64,000 bases of DNA from Terriglobia bacterium (lineage in GTDB: Bacteria; Acidobacteriota; Terriglobia; 20CM-2-55-15): positions 992,001 through 1,056,000 of the forward strand of contig CAXWPJ010000009.1 in assembly GCA_963664115.2 (NCBI GenBank), written 5' to 3'. Of the stretch, positions 17,279-26,449 are shown one piece after another (within the stretch, counting starts at the first letter, position 1; the number at the start of each line of letters is the position of its first letter). The notes beneath the pieces were generated by a model. It worked only from the letters and a program-made list of their open reading frames with translations, had not been told where the DNA came from and did not search any database. The position numbers and the translations under genes are program-made.

Positions 17279-19498
17279 ATGCTACTATTTCGCCAAATGA
17301 GGCGTTTTCGCTCAGTGGTCGTGGTCTTGGCGCTGCTCTTGACTGCGGGGTTTCTTTTTTTCACTCAACAACAGGATCGGCAGGTCGGCACTGAGGGGCT
17401 TGCGAGCTCTGGCGACTATGTCGATTCCGCGACCTGCGCGTCATGCCACCAAACCATATACGAGACATATCAGCATACCGGGATGGGGCGGTCTTTTTCG
17501 CGCCTGGGTCCGGCCAATACGATTGAAGATTTCATAACAGACAACACCTTTTATCACCGTCTCTCGGACCGGTATTACACGATGCACGAGCGAGACGGCC
17601 GCTATTTCCAGCGACGCCACCAGTTGGGTCCCAATGGAGAGCCCATCAATGCCGTAGAGATGGAAATAGATTACGTCCTCGGTTCCGGCAATCATTCGCG
17701 CGCTTACTTGCATCTGAACGAGCAGGACAGGCTGATTCAACTTCCGGTCGCGTGGTATTCCGAGAATGGCGGTTACTGGGACATGAGCCCGGGATACGAC
17801 CGGAAAGACCACCTGGACTTTCGGCGCGAGATTACACCCGAATGCATGTTCTGCCACAACGCATACCCTGAAATTGGAGCAAATTCATATCGAAGTGGCA
17901 GCGAGGCGGCGTTCCCGGGAAGAATCCCGGAGGGCATTGACTGCCAGAGGTGCCACGGACCGGGTGGCGCTCATATTCGTGCCACCGAACAAGCGGACCG
18001 AACCCTCGAAATGATCCGGACAGCAATCGTGAATCCTGCGCGACTATCGTCGGAGCGGAATCTCGAAGTATGCATGCAGTGCCATCTCGAATCGACCAGC
18101 ACGCCGCTTCCTTATGCGACGCGCCGCTTTGACCGCGGTGTCTTTTCTTATCGCCCAGGCGAGCCGCTCGCCGAATACGCCATTCATTTCGATCACGCGC
18201 CTGGCTCCGAACGCGACGGCAAGTTCGAAATCGTGAATCAAGCGTATCGGCTGCGCCAGTCGGTCTGTTTCTTAGAGAGCGGCTCGGCGATGACCTGCAC
18301 AACATGTCATGATCCGCATAACGTACCGCGCGGCGCGGAAGCTACCAGACATTATGCCGCCGTATGTCAGAGCTGCCATGAAGACCGGGTTACGAGCCTG
18401 ACAACCGCAGGAGGGCATCCTTCATCACCAGACTGCGTCTCCTGTCACATGCCCAAACGTCGGACCGATGACGTCGTTCATGTCGTGATGACGGACCACA
18501 CCATTCAGCGCAACAGACCCTCACGGGATCTGTTGACGCCCATCACAGAAGAGGCCGCCGGGACGAACACAAGCGATTACACGGGCGACGTCGCTTTGTA
18601 TTACCCCCCGGATCTGCCACCTACCCCAGACAACGAGCTCTATGTTGCCGTCGCTCAGGTGATTCAGAATTCTAATTTAGAGGATGGTATTCCCCGCCTC
18701 GAGGCGGCCATCGAAAGGTACCGGCCGGAGGAGGGCGAGTTCTACTTCGTATTGGCCGAAGCTTACCGCAGCAGGAATGCACTCGGGCTTGCAATCGGGA
18801 TGTATCAGGAAGCCTTGGAACGGCGCCCTGATTTCTGGCCGGCTCTTCGCATGCTCGGACTATCGCTTGTAAGCGTGGGACAGCCGGAGCGCGGTGTCGA
18901 GTTTCTGGAACAGGCTGGGAGGCTGTCCACAAATGAGGCTGTAGGGAACGATCTCGCGATGGTTTACCGCGGAATGGGAAGGCTCAACGAGGCGGTGGCG
19001 GCTCTCGAAAATGCACTGTCGCTGAATCCTGACTTTCCACCCACCCACAACAATCTGGGACGCATCCGGGCCGAGATGGGCGATATCGCCGGAGCGGAAG
19101 AAGCGTTCAGCCAGGCGATTCGAGTCCAGCCGGATTTCACGGGTCCGTACACAAACCTGGCCAACGTCCTCGCTGCGCGCGGCAATCTTCAGCGGGCGCA
19201 AACCATCCTCGAAAGGGCGATCACGCAGGCCCTACCCGCCGATCCTGGCTTGGCTAACGTTCGCAGCTTGCTCGGAGATGTGATGGCGGCGCGCGGTGAA
19301 ACAGAGCCGGCACGTGTCCACTATCTAGAGGCTTTGAGAATGGACCCGAACCTCGCTCCCGCCCAGTTCGGCCTCGGATCGGTTCTGGCCAGTCAAGGCA
19401 GAACAGCCGAAGCTATCGTCCAGTTTCAGCAAGTAGCCGAAACCGGAGACATCGGCCTTCGCCGGGCCGCTCTGGCAGCGATTCAAGAACTCCGGTAA
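17279..19498 (+). CDS. Multiheme c-type cytochrome (7 CxxCH) fused to TPR repeats
   Basis: CASCH, CMFCH, CQRCH, CMQCH, CTTCH, CQSCH, CVSCH. N-terminal TM/signal and a TPR C-terminal half. Confidence 0.9.
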   Translation: MLLFRQMRRFRSVVVVLALLLTAGFLFFTQQQDRQVGTEGLASSGDYVDSATCASCHQTIYETYQHTGMGRSFSRLGPANTIEDFITDNTFYHRLSDRYYTMHERDGRYFQRRHQLGPNGEPINAVEMEIDYVLGSGNHSRAYLHLNEQDRLIQLPVAWYSENGGYWDMSPGYDRKDHLDFRREITPECMFCHNAYPEIGANSYRSGSEAAFPGRIPEGIDCQRCHGPGGAHIRATEQADRTLEMIRTAIVNPARLSSERNLEVCMQCHLESTSTPLPYATRRFDRGVFSYRPGEPLAEYAIHFDHAPGSERDGKFEIVNQAYRLRQSVCFLESGSAMTCTTCHDPHNVPRGAEATRHYAAVCQSCHEDRVTSLTTAGGHPSSPDCVSCHMPKRRTDDVVHVVMTDHTIQRNRPSRDLLTPITEEAAGTNTSDYTGDVALYYPPDLPPTPDNELYVAVAQVIQNSNLEDGIPRLEAAIERYRPEEGEFYFVLAEAYRSRNALGLAIGMYQEALERRPDFWPALRMLGLSLVSVGQPERGVEFLEQAGRLSTNEAVGNDLAMVYRGMGRLNEAVAALENALSLNPDFPPTHNNLGRIRAEMGDIAGAEEAFSQAIRVQPDFTGPYTNLANVLAARGNLQRAQTILERAITQALPADPGLANVRSLLGDVMAARGETEPARVHYLEALRMDPNLAPAQFGLGSVLASQGRTAEAIVQFQQVAETGDIGLRRAALAAIQELR

Positions 19499-19568
19499 TA
19501 AGAAACTCAAGCGTCTGTTTTACGATGCGTCCCGGTCCGGGTCGTCGGCGGTCGGGGTCGGGTTCGGG

Positions 19569-20342
19569 TCAGTCCGTGCAGGTCGTGGCGACTGCATCCA
19601 GACGCGTCAAGCTCAGGCCGACTCCCCGGTCGTTGCTGAGCAGGTAGCCCTTGGCATGCAGTTTGTGGCCGACGTGGGGTTCAGGTTGGAAGCCGGGCCT
19701 GAGAAAGTCCATGTAGACGAGGCGGTAACCCTGGGTTCCCAGGGACAGGTCTCGGGCCGCCAGCAATTGGGCGTCGGTCAATGCTTCCGGATCGCGTGTC
19801 CGAACCGGTGCGGAAACATGGGTCAACGCCCACTCTCCGTCAGGCCACTCCTCCAAACAGCCGACCACCTGGACCAATGCAAACTCGGGCAGTGGGGTCG
19901 GGCCGTCGGTGCTCACGAACCCGACGCTTGCAACCTGCGGGGCCGTGAGTTCCTCCAGACCTGCCGGAAACCCATTCAGCGACAGTATGTGCGTCAGGAT
20001 ATCCAGATAAGTCTGGTCGTCGAGGCTCCCACGGGCGTTGGGCGGCATCCGTGTCCGTATCAGGTCGAACAGACTACTCAGGCTGTCTTGCCGCCAGGTG
20101 TCGACAAAGCTCTGGCCTATGAGCGCGGTTGCGTTCATACCCTGGAGGTCCTCCGAGTGGCACGAGCTACAATTGAGGGCGTATGAGGACCGGCCGCGTT
20201 CGGCCTGAGCCTCGGTGAACACGCCGTCCAGAGTCGTTCTGGGGCCTCCATCGTCGGCTTGCTGGGCTCCGGCCACAACGGGGGCTGCCCACCACCCCCC
20301 CGTCAGTGTGGTCGCGAGTACGATTGTGCGAATGAGATTCAT
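19569..20342 (-). CDS. Monoheme cytochrome c with a C-terminal extra domain
   Basis: Signal peptide, GVFTEAQAERG, CSSCH, Met ligand in RMPP, second domain VVGCL. Confidence 0.88.
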   Translation of the reverse strand: MNLIRTIVLATTLTGGWWAAPVVAGAQQADDGGPRTTLDGVFTEAQAERGRSSYALNCSSCHSEDLQGMNATALIGQSFVDTWRQDSLSSLFDLIRTRMPPNARGSLDDQTYLDILTHILSLNGFPAGLEELTAPQVASVGFVSTDGPTPLPEFALVQVVGCLEEWPDGEWALTHVSAPVRTRDPEALTDAQLLAARDLSLGTQGYRLVYMDFLRPGFQPEPHVGHKLHAKGYLLSNDRGVGLSLTRLDAVATTCTD

Positions 20343-20572
20343 CGGACGTTTCCGAGAGATCGTGTCAACAGGATAGGGTACAACTTTCCCACAATGCTCG
20401 CCGGGAATTTGTATAGAACGAAATGGAATTTTCCCACGCTACGGCGTGGGTCCCTCCTCCGCACTCTGCTGCGACCGTTCGAATCTGAAAGTAGAAGCGA
20501 GAGCTGCATTGATTCTGCCACGGACTGCTATAATCCCTTCAAATCAATCCCTTGATGTTAGGGAGCGTAGCG

Positions 20573-21496
20573 ATGCTTATCAGACCGTGTAAGCGACAGG
20601 AGCGACAGGAGCGACGTAAGCGACCTATCTTCAGCCGGCTCCCGGGGCAGTGGGTTGGGGCGTCTTTAGCTCTTGGTGGTCTCCTTGCCCTGATTCCTCC
20701 GGCGCCCGCTGCCGCGGCCCGACAGACCTCCGTTACACCCGATCTCAACGATCTCCGGGTTCGCTTCCAGACAGAAGCTACAGAAATCAAAATCGGTCGT
20801 CGGGCGTCTCGCCGATTCGAGAGGCGTATAGATCTTGTTGAAGACAGTGCCGTAAACGAATACGTCGACCGGATCGCACAGAATATCGCAATTAACTCGG
20901 ACGTCACTGTTCCCGTCACGATCAAGGTTGTCGATGCCACGGAAGTGAACGCCGTGTCATTTCCAGGGGGCTTTCTCTACATCAGCAGCGGCTTGATTCT
21001 CGCAGTGGACGACGAAGCGGAAATTGCCGGGGTCTTGGCGCATGAGATCGCCCACGTCATTGCGCGTGATGGTATGAGGAACAATCGATACGTGGGTATG
21101 GACTTTGGAGCGGAACCCATAATCTTAGAATCTCCGAACGGCGCCGTAACGAACGTGTTTGAAGACAATACCACCACCTTGATAACCTCACCTCGAACCC
21201 TGCGTGAATTAGACGCAGACGAACGCGCAATCCAGTACATGCAGAAAGCGGGCTACAATCCCGAGTCGCTGCTAGCGTTTCTGGAAAAACTGCAAGCGGA
21301 GGAGACGATCGAGCGGAGGGAAGTTCTGCCGATATTTCAAACGCATCCTGCTCCCGCCGAGCGCATTCGATTGGTCCAGGAGCGAATCGGCGCTGAACCG
21401 GTCGCAGACAATCCGCCCGCCGGTGCAAGGGAAGCGCTTCAGGACATCAAAGCGCGGCTGGTGCAGCGCGAAACGAATCAAGCCCGACCCGAATAG
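20573..21496 (+). CDS. M48-family Zn metallopeptidase (BepA/YfgC-like catalytic domain)
   Basis: VNAVSFPGG...EAEIAGVLAHEIAHV...ELDAD...AGYNP...FQTHP...ERI. Start codon uncertain. Confidence 0.88.
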   Translation: MLIRPCKRQERQERRKRPIFSRLPGQWVGASLALGGLLALIPPAPAAAARQTSVTPDLNDLRVRFQTEATEIKIGRRASRRFERRIDLVEDSAVNEYVDRIAQNIAINSDVTVPVTIKVVDATEVNAVSFPGGFLYISSGLILAVDDEAEIAGVLAHEIAHVIARDGMRNNRYVGMDFGAEPIILESPNGAVTNVFEDNTTTLITSPRTLRELDADERAIQYMQKAGYNPESLLAFLEKLQAEETIERREVLPIFQTHPAPAERIRLVQERIGAEPVADNPPAGAREALQDIKARLVQRETNQARPE

Positions 21497-21626
21497 TCTC
21501 GATTTACCGCGGAGATCATGAGGGCGCGTTTTCCGGCTTTCCATTTTTCGGTGTGGAAAATTTGTTGTCCGTTCGCGATATCGTCGGACCACTGCCGACC
21601 TTAATTGCCTTCATAGGAGGTCCGTT

Positions 21627-22835
21627 ATGAGGCACTCGTTTTCACCCAAACGCTTCGCGACTGCCGGGTTCTGTGCCGTGTTGACCTTGGCTTTTGCCGG
21701 GGCCTGCACCCCCGCAGACTCCGTTCCCGACGAGGCCGCCACTGGGGGGAACCCACCGGCCGCAACCGCTGACACCGGCCCCCGGGAATTCGAGACGGCT
21801 GAACATTCGATCCGCGTTGTCACGGTCGCCGACGGCCTCTCCTATCCCTATGCGATGGCGTTCCTCCCGGACGGCGGCTTGCTCATTACGGAGATGGGCG
21901 GCCAGGTGCGTATGATTCGTGACGGCGCTCTCCTCGCCGAGCCTGTCGGCGTGATCCCCGACGTGCATCACGATGGGGGATCGAAGGGCCTGATGGACGT
22001 CGCCCTGCACCCTGATTTTGCCGAGAACCAACAGATCTACTTCACCTACAACAAGCCCGGCGAACGGGGCACCACCTTAGCTTTGGCGCGTGGGACGTTT
22101 GACGGAAATGAGTTGACCGACCTGACGGATATCTTCCTTGCCGACGCGTGGGCGATGACCGATGCGCGTCAGAATGCCCGCATAGGCTTCGACAACGCCG
22201 GCATGCTCTACATGACGGCCGCCGGGGGCCGGAGCGAGCGAGACCGGGCGCAGGATCTGAGCGATCATTCCGGAAAAACCCTGCGTCTTCGTGACGATGG
22301 GACCGCCGCGCCGGGGAACCCGTTTGAAGGCATCGAGGGGCAGCGACCCGAAATATTTACATACGGCCATAACAATATTCACGGGATCGCGGGTCATCCC
22401 GACACTGGGGAGCTTTGGGTCGTGGAGCATGGCGACAAGGTCAGCGCTCTCGTGGCCGGGCGCAACTACGGATGGCCGTTCGTTCGTTACGGTCCCAGCA
22501 CCAATCCCGCGCCCAATCCCGCTCCGATGGGCGTTCAGTTGACGGCGCCACAAATTGTATGGGACCCGGACGTCCATATTTCCGGCGTGATGTTCTACAC
22601 CGGCGACCGGTTTCCCGAATGGACGGGCGACCTGTTCGTCGGAGGACTCCGCACACAGCAGGTCAATCACGTAGAGCTGACCGACGCGGGCGTGGGGATA
22701 CGGGAATCCCTGTTCACGGAAATCGGCCAGTGGGTGCGCGATTTGAAACAGGGTCCGGACGGATTGATCTACTTCACGAGCTATGCCGACCCGGATGCGC
22801 CGGGGCGTGTGATGCGGATCGAACCCGTCGAATAG
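21627..22835 (+). CDS. PQQ-dependent sugar dehydrogenase (GSDH/YliI-like) lipoprotein
   Basis: Lipobox FAGAC. GLSYPYAMAFLPDG, GLMDVALHPDF, GKTLRLRDDG...NPF...EIFTYGH, NYGWP, VRDLKQGPDG. Confidence 0.85.
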   Translation: MRHSFSPKRFATAGFCAVLTLAFAGACTPADSVPDEAATGGNPPAATADTGPREFETAEHSIRVVTVADGLSYPYAMAFLPDGGLLITEMGGQVRMIRDGALLAEPVGVIPDVHHDGGSKGLMDVALHPDFAENQQIYFTYNKPGERGTTLALARGTFDGNELTDLTDIFLADAWAMTDARQNARIGFDNAGMLYMTAAGGRSERDRAQDLSDHSGKTLRLRDDGTAAPGNPFEGIEGQRPEIFTYGHNNIHGIAGHPDTGELWVVEHGDKVSALVAGRNYGWPFVRYGPSTNPAPNPAPMGVQLTAPQIVWDPDVHISGVMFYTGDRFPEWTGDLFVGGLRTQQVNHVELTDAGVGIRESLFTEIGQWVRDLKQGPDGLIYFTSYADPDAPGRVMRIEPVE

Positions 22836-22871
22836 GAGATTCCGAATAGGAGATTCCTCGGATGCGAAGCT

Positions 22872-25202
22872 TCAGTATCGGAACGTGTACTGAAGCTTCG
22901 CCGATACTTTGCTCTCTTGGGCACTGAATCGATAATCCTCCTCCGGATTCTGAATCCACCCCTGGCTGAACACAAAGAATAAGTCGTTGCCGGGCCGCAG
23001 GGTCCATCGGGCACGGCTCTGCCAGCCCAGATTCCGGGACTTGTTGTCGTATTGAATTAGATTCGAGAAAGACAGAAAGGGCGTGGGTGCATAGTTCGCA
23101 CGCCAGGTCAGGATTCGGGCCACGAAATTGCCTTCGGGCAAGCGGGCGAACGTCTGGTTGGCACTGAAACTTATCGTGAACCAGGGCGGGATCTTGTAAG
23201 AGAGCGAGACGTTGACTTCGTCCGCGCTCCCCGACCAATAGTTACCTATTCCCCAAAGAAAGCTTGCCTGCAACCTGCGCTTCGAAGCACTTGACACGTT
23301 AAAAATACTCAAGCGTGTAAAGCGGTATTCACCCGGAGGAAGAGTGACGCCGGGGAAAATCTCAAACGGGGCGAACAAGCGCTCGTACTTAATGGATGGC
23401 CAGAAGAGCCTGTGAAGACTGTCACCGGACCTGAAGTGCCAGTCGATCGGCCCCGGGAAGTGAAGGTTCCAGCTCTCGACTTCTCCGTTGTCGAGACGTG
23501 TGAACCGGTTGTAGAACGCGCCCATGAACATCTGCTGCAGGCCCAGGAATTCCTTCGGGCGGGGATTATAGCGGCCTCCTATCCTGAGGAGCCTCAGGTT
23601 CCTACGCCCGACCCTGCCAAGGCTGGGTCTGAAATTCTCCTGAACGTCGCGCCAGGTAAATTCCATCTCGATGAGGTCGTTTGGATAATCCACCGAGACA
23701 CCATAGGACAAGTCCCGGTCGGAAACACCTTCATTCCTGCTCTTGAGACCGAAGGCGTTGAAGATCAGATTCTTCGAATTGCCCAGGAACTGGGAGGTTG
23801 CCAGACGCAGGTCTGCCCCGAAGGTCTGGCTCGACACCGGGAGCGCCGGGTTACCGTTCGTGAAAATCCCTCCGATATAGCTTTGCTCCAACAAATTCAC
23901 TTTCATCCGTCCTACAAAAAAATTCTTCGAGGGAAGGCCCGGCAAGTCGCGTGTGCGGACGTCCAGCACGCCGATGTCGGTTCGACCGACTTTACCGGTG
24001 AACTTTGTTCCAAAATCGATGGGCACCTCTGTTCCGGAAAGCAATCCGATCCGGCGGCTGAAAAACGGGTTGACTTCAAACCGGGTCGGGGCCAGGAAAC
24101 CCGGTTCCCTCACCGAGGTATCGGAAAAGGCAAAGACTCCGGCATCCTCCAGGAAGAACGTTCTCTTTTCAGGGAAGAACAATGAGAAGCGCGAAAGATT
24201 GATCTGGCGCGTGTCCACTTCCGTTTCCCCGAAATCGGTGTTCGCGGTCGCGGATATCTTCAGGTTGGGGGTGATGTTGTAGAACAGGTCGAGCCCCGGC
24301 CTGCCGGTGATCGTATCGTTCCCATTGGCGTTGGTATGCAGCCAACGGCCGCTGGTGAAAGGCCGGATATCCAGTCCGATGCCCTGTGTGATGCCGTCGA
24401 GGTTGGTGATTTCACCGGCTTCCGATACCTGAAGAAACGGGGTTTCCAAACGCGCTCCGGACCAGCGATCGTCCTCCAGCTTTCGCTGGATGCGCCGAGC
24501 GATGTTGAAGCCCCAGTCCGTCCCCCCGGAAGCAAAAGCCAGACTCTTGAACGGAATTGCGAATTCGGCGGACCAACCCTGATCCGTGCGCTGGATCCGC
24601 ACGTCCCAGATAGCATCCCAGTCCATGTTCGACTGACCGTTTGCGAACAGGAGGCCGTCTACGAGAGCGCCAGCCGGATTCGTAGCAAAATAAAAGGCGT
24701 TGCGCTGGTCCCGATATGTGTCGAGCAGGATCTCAATCCGGTCGTCGGAATTCAGGTTGGCATCGCGCGCCATCTGTGTCCCGATGATCGCATCCGGGGC
24801 GGAGTCGTAGCACATGACGCCGATGTAGAGATAGTTCTGATCGCGGAGCAAGGTGACCTCCGTCCTCTCCGTCGGCCTCTCTCCGTTGTTCGGTTCCCTC
24901 TGTGTCAACTCGCCAATCTTGGGTGCGTTCTGCCATGCCAGTTCGTCGAGCGAGCCGTCAACTGTAATTTCCGACGTGATCTCAGTGACAATTGCAGATC
25001 GCGGCTGCTCTGACAGACCCAACTCCTGAAGCAGCGCACCCGCCATCGCCGGTACTGTGATGAAGATCCATATGAGGACGAGTGGCAGGATCCACCCGAA
25101 TCGGGGCCAGCGTCTATGGATCTTGCCTGCAAGATCGTGGCGCGAGGTGGAAGTCGATCTAAGCGTATTCACGACATCGACGGGTCCAAGGGGTGTCTGC
25201 AT
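22872..25202 (-). CDS. DUF5916 / CBM9-like domain outer-membrane protein (paralog 2)
   Basis: Same motif set as paralog 1 (VDGSLDE, DTYRDQRNAFYFATNPAG, NTDFGETEVD, FPEKRTFFLE, FFSRRIG). C-terminal YTFRY. Start codon uncertain. Confidence 0.85.
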   Translation of the reverse strand: MQTPLGPVDVVNTLRSTSTSRHDLAGKIHRRWPRFGWILPLVLIWIFITVPAMAGALLQELGLSEQPRSAIVTEITSEITVDGSLDELAWQNAPKIGELTQREPNNGERPTERTEVTLLRDQNYLYIGVMCYDSAPDAIIGTQMARDANLNSDDRIEILLDTYRDQRNAFYFATNPAGALVDGLLFANGQSNMDWDAIWDVRIQRTDQGWSAEFAIPFKSLAFASGGTDWGFNIARRIQRKLEDDRWSGARLETPFLQVSEAGEITNLDGITQGIGLDIRPFTSGRWLHTNANGNDTITGRPGLDLFYNITPNLKISATANTDFGETEVDTRQINLSRFSLFFPEKRTFFLEDAGVFAFSDTSVREPGFLAPTRFEVNPFFSRRIGLLSGTEVPIDFGTKFTGKVGRTDIGVLDVRTRDLPGLPSKNFFVGRMKVNLLEQSYIGGIFTNGNPALPVSSQTFGADLRLATSQFLGNSKNLIFNAFGLKSRNEGVSDRDLSYGVSVDYPNDLIEMEFTWRDVQENFRPSLGRVGRRNLRLLRIGGRYNPRPKEFLGLQQMFMGAFYNRFTRLDNGEVESWNLHFPGPIDWHFRSGDSLHRLFWPSIKYERLFAPFEIFPGVTLPPGEYRFTRLSIFNVSSASKRRLQASFLWGIGNYWSGSADEVNVSLSYKIPPWFTISFSANQTFARLPEGNFVARILTWRANYAPTPFLSFSNLIQYDNKSRNLGWQSRARWTLRPGNDLFFVFSQGWIQNPEEDYRFSAQESKVSAKLQYTFRY

Positions 25203-25218
25203 AGAAATCCTCAGACCA

Positions 25219-26403
25219 CTACGTCAACTCGACCGACAGCGCATCGTAGTTGTAGAGCCACTGATTCCTTTCGGCGCCCAGCGTGCGCTCGGCGAACGCC
25301 TTCCGCAGATCTTCCTCCGTTGCAAGATGGAACAGCCGTGCATTGTCGGTGGATTCTTCGATGACGCGGCTCGTTCGGGGAATCCGATTTCTCTGGTACA
25401 GATCGAGCGCTTCTTCAATCGAACTGCAGCGATCCAGGCATCGGGTGAGAACGACGCCGTCCTCCACCGCCATTACGGCACCCTGGGCCAGAAACGGCAA
25501 CGTCGCGTGTGCGGCATCGCCCAGCAAAGTCACGTGGCCTTGGCTCCAGTGATCCACTTTCGAGCGGATAAACAAACCCCAGCGATAACACTGATCTCTA
25601 TCCGCATTTTCAATAATCTCGCGCACTTCGGGATGCCAGGCTGAGAAGTCGTCCCTCATCTGGGACCAATCGCATTTGACGGTCCAGCTTTCCTCGCTCC
25701 AATCAGAGCTTTCAACCGAGCCAACGAAACAGATCCGGTCAGCGCGAGCGTTATAGACGACGGCATGGGCCCCGGGGCCCACCCAAACAGTCATCACAAA
25801 ATCCGTGGCGTCTCTGGAGAGGCGTTCTGTGGGTACGAGAATGCGCCAGGCCGCATTGCCTGTGTAGTGTGCTTCGGCCTTTCCCAGAATCTGCTCGCGG
25901 ACCACAGACTTGATTCCGTCGGCGCCAATGAGCAGGTCGCCTTCTTCGCTCCTGCCGTCCGTCAACCGTACGGTAATCGTGGAACCTTTCTCTTCGAACC
26001 CTTCAACAGTGCTGCTGAGACGAACCGCGTCTGGATCGAGGTCGCGTACGGCTCCAACGAGCAACTCATGAATATCGGCGCGATGAAACAGGTAGTAGGG
26101 CGCCCCGTGAAGTCGACGGTGCTCCTCGCCCAGAGGAAACGTCTGAATGATCTCACCGGATTGAAACAGTCGAAACACATAGGCCCTGGGTTTGACGCCG
26201 ACTTTCTCCAATCCATCCGCGAGACCCAGGTGGCAGAACATTTTGATCGCGTTCGCGCTCATGTGGATCCCAGCCCCGATCTCACCCAATGCAGGCGCCT
26301 GTTCAAAGACGCGTACCGGGTAACCGGATTTCAGCAGAAACGCGGCGGCCGTAAGACCTCCGATGCCGGCTCCAGCGATCAGCACTTTGGGTTTTACTGA
26401 CAC
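25219..26403 (-). CDS. FAD-dependent aromatic monooxygenase (salicylate/3-hydroxybenzoate hydroxylase-like, group A)
   Basis: GAGIGG Rossmann motif, FEQAPALGEIGAGI, LIGADGIKSVVR (DG motif), LLGDAAHATLPFLAQGAVMAVEDG (GD motif). Confidence 0.9.
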   Translation of the reverse strand: MSVKPKVLIAGAGIGGLTAAAFLLKSGYPVRVFEQAPALGEIGAGIHMSANAIKMFCHLGLADGLEKVGVKPRAYVFRLFQSGEIIQTFPLGEEHRRLHGAPYYLFHRADIHELLVGAVRDLDPDAVRLSSTVEGFEEKGSTITVRLTDGRSEEGDLLIGADGIKSVVREQILGKAEAHYTGNAAWRILVPTERLSRDATDFVMTVWVGPGAHAVVYNARADRICFVGSVESSDWSEESWTVKCDWSQMRDDFSAWHPEVREIIENADRDQCYRWGLFIRSKVDHWSQGHVTLLGDAAHATLPFLAQGAVMAVEDGVVLTRCLDRCSSIEEALDLYQRNRIPRTSRVIEESTDNARLFHLATEEDLRKAFAERTLGAERNQWLYNYDALSVELT

Positions 26404-26449
26404 AATTCAGTTTCCACTTAGATCAAACTATGGTTGCAAAATTCTCGAG

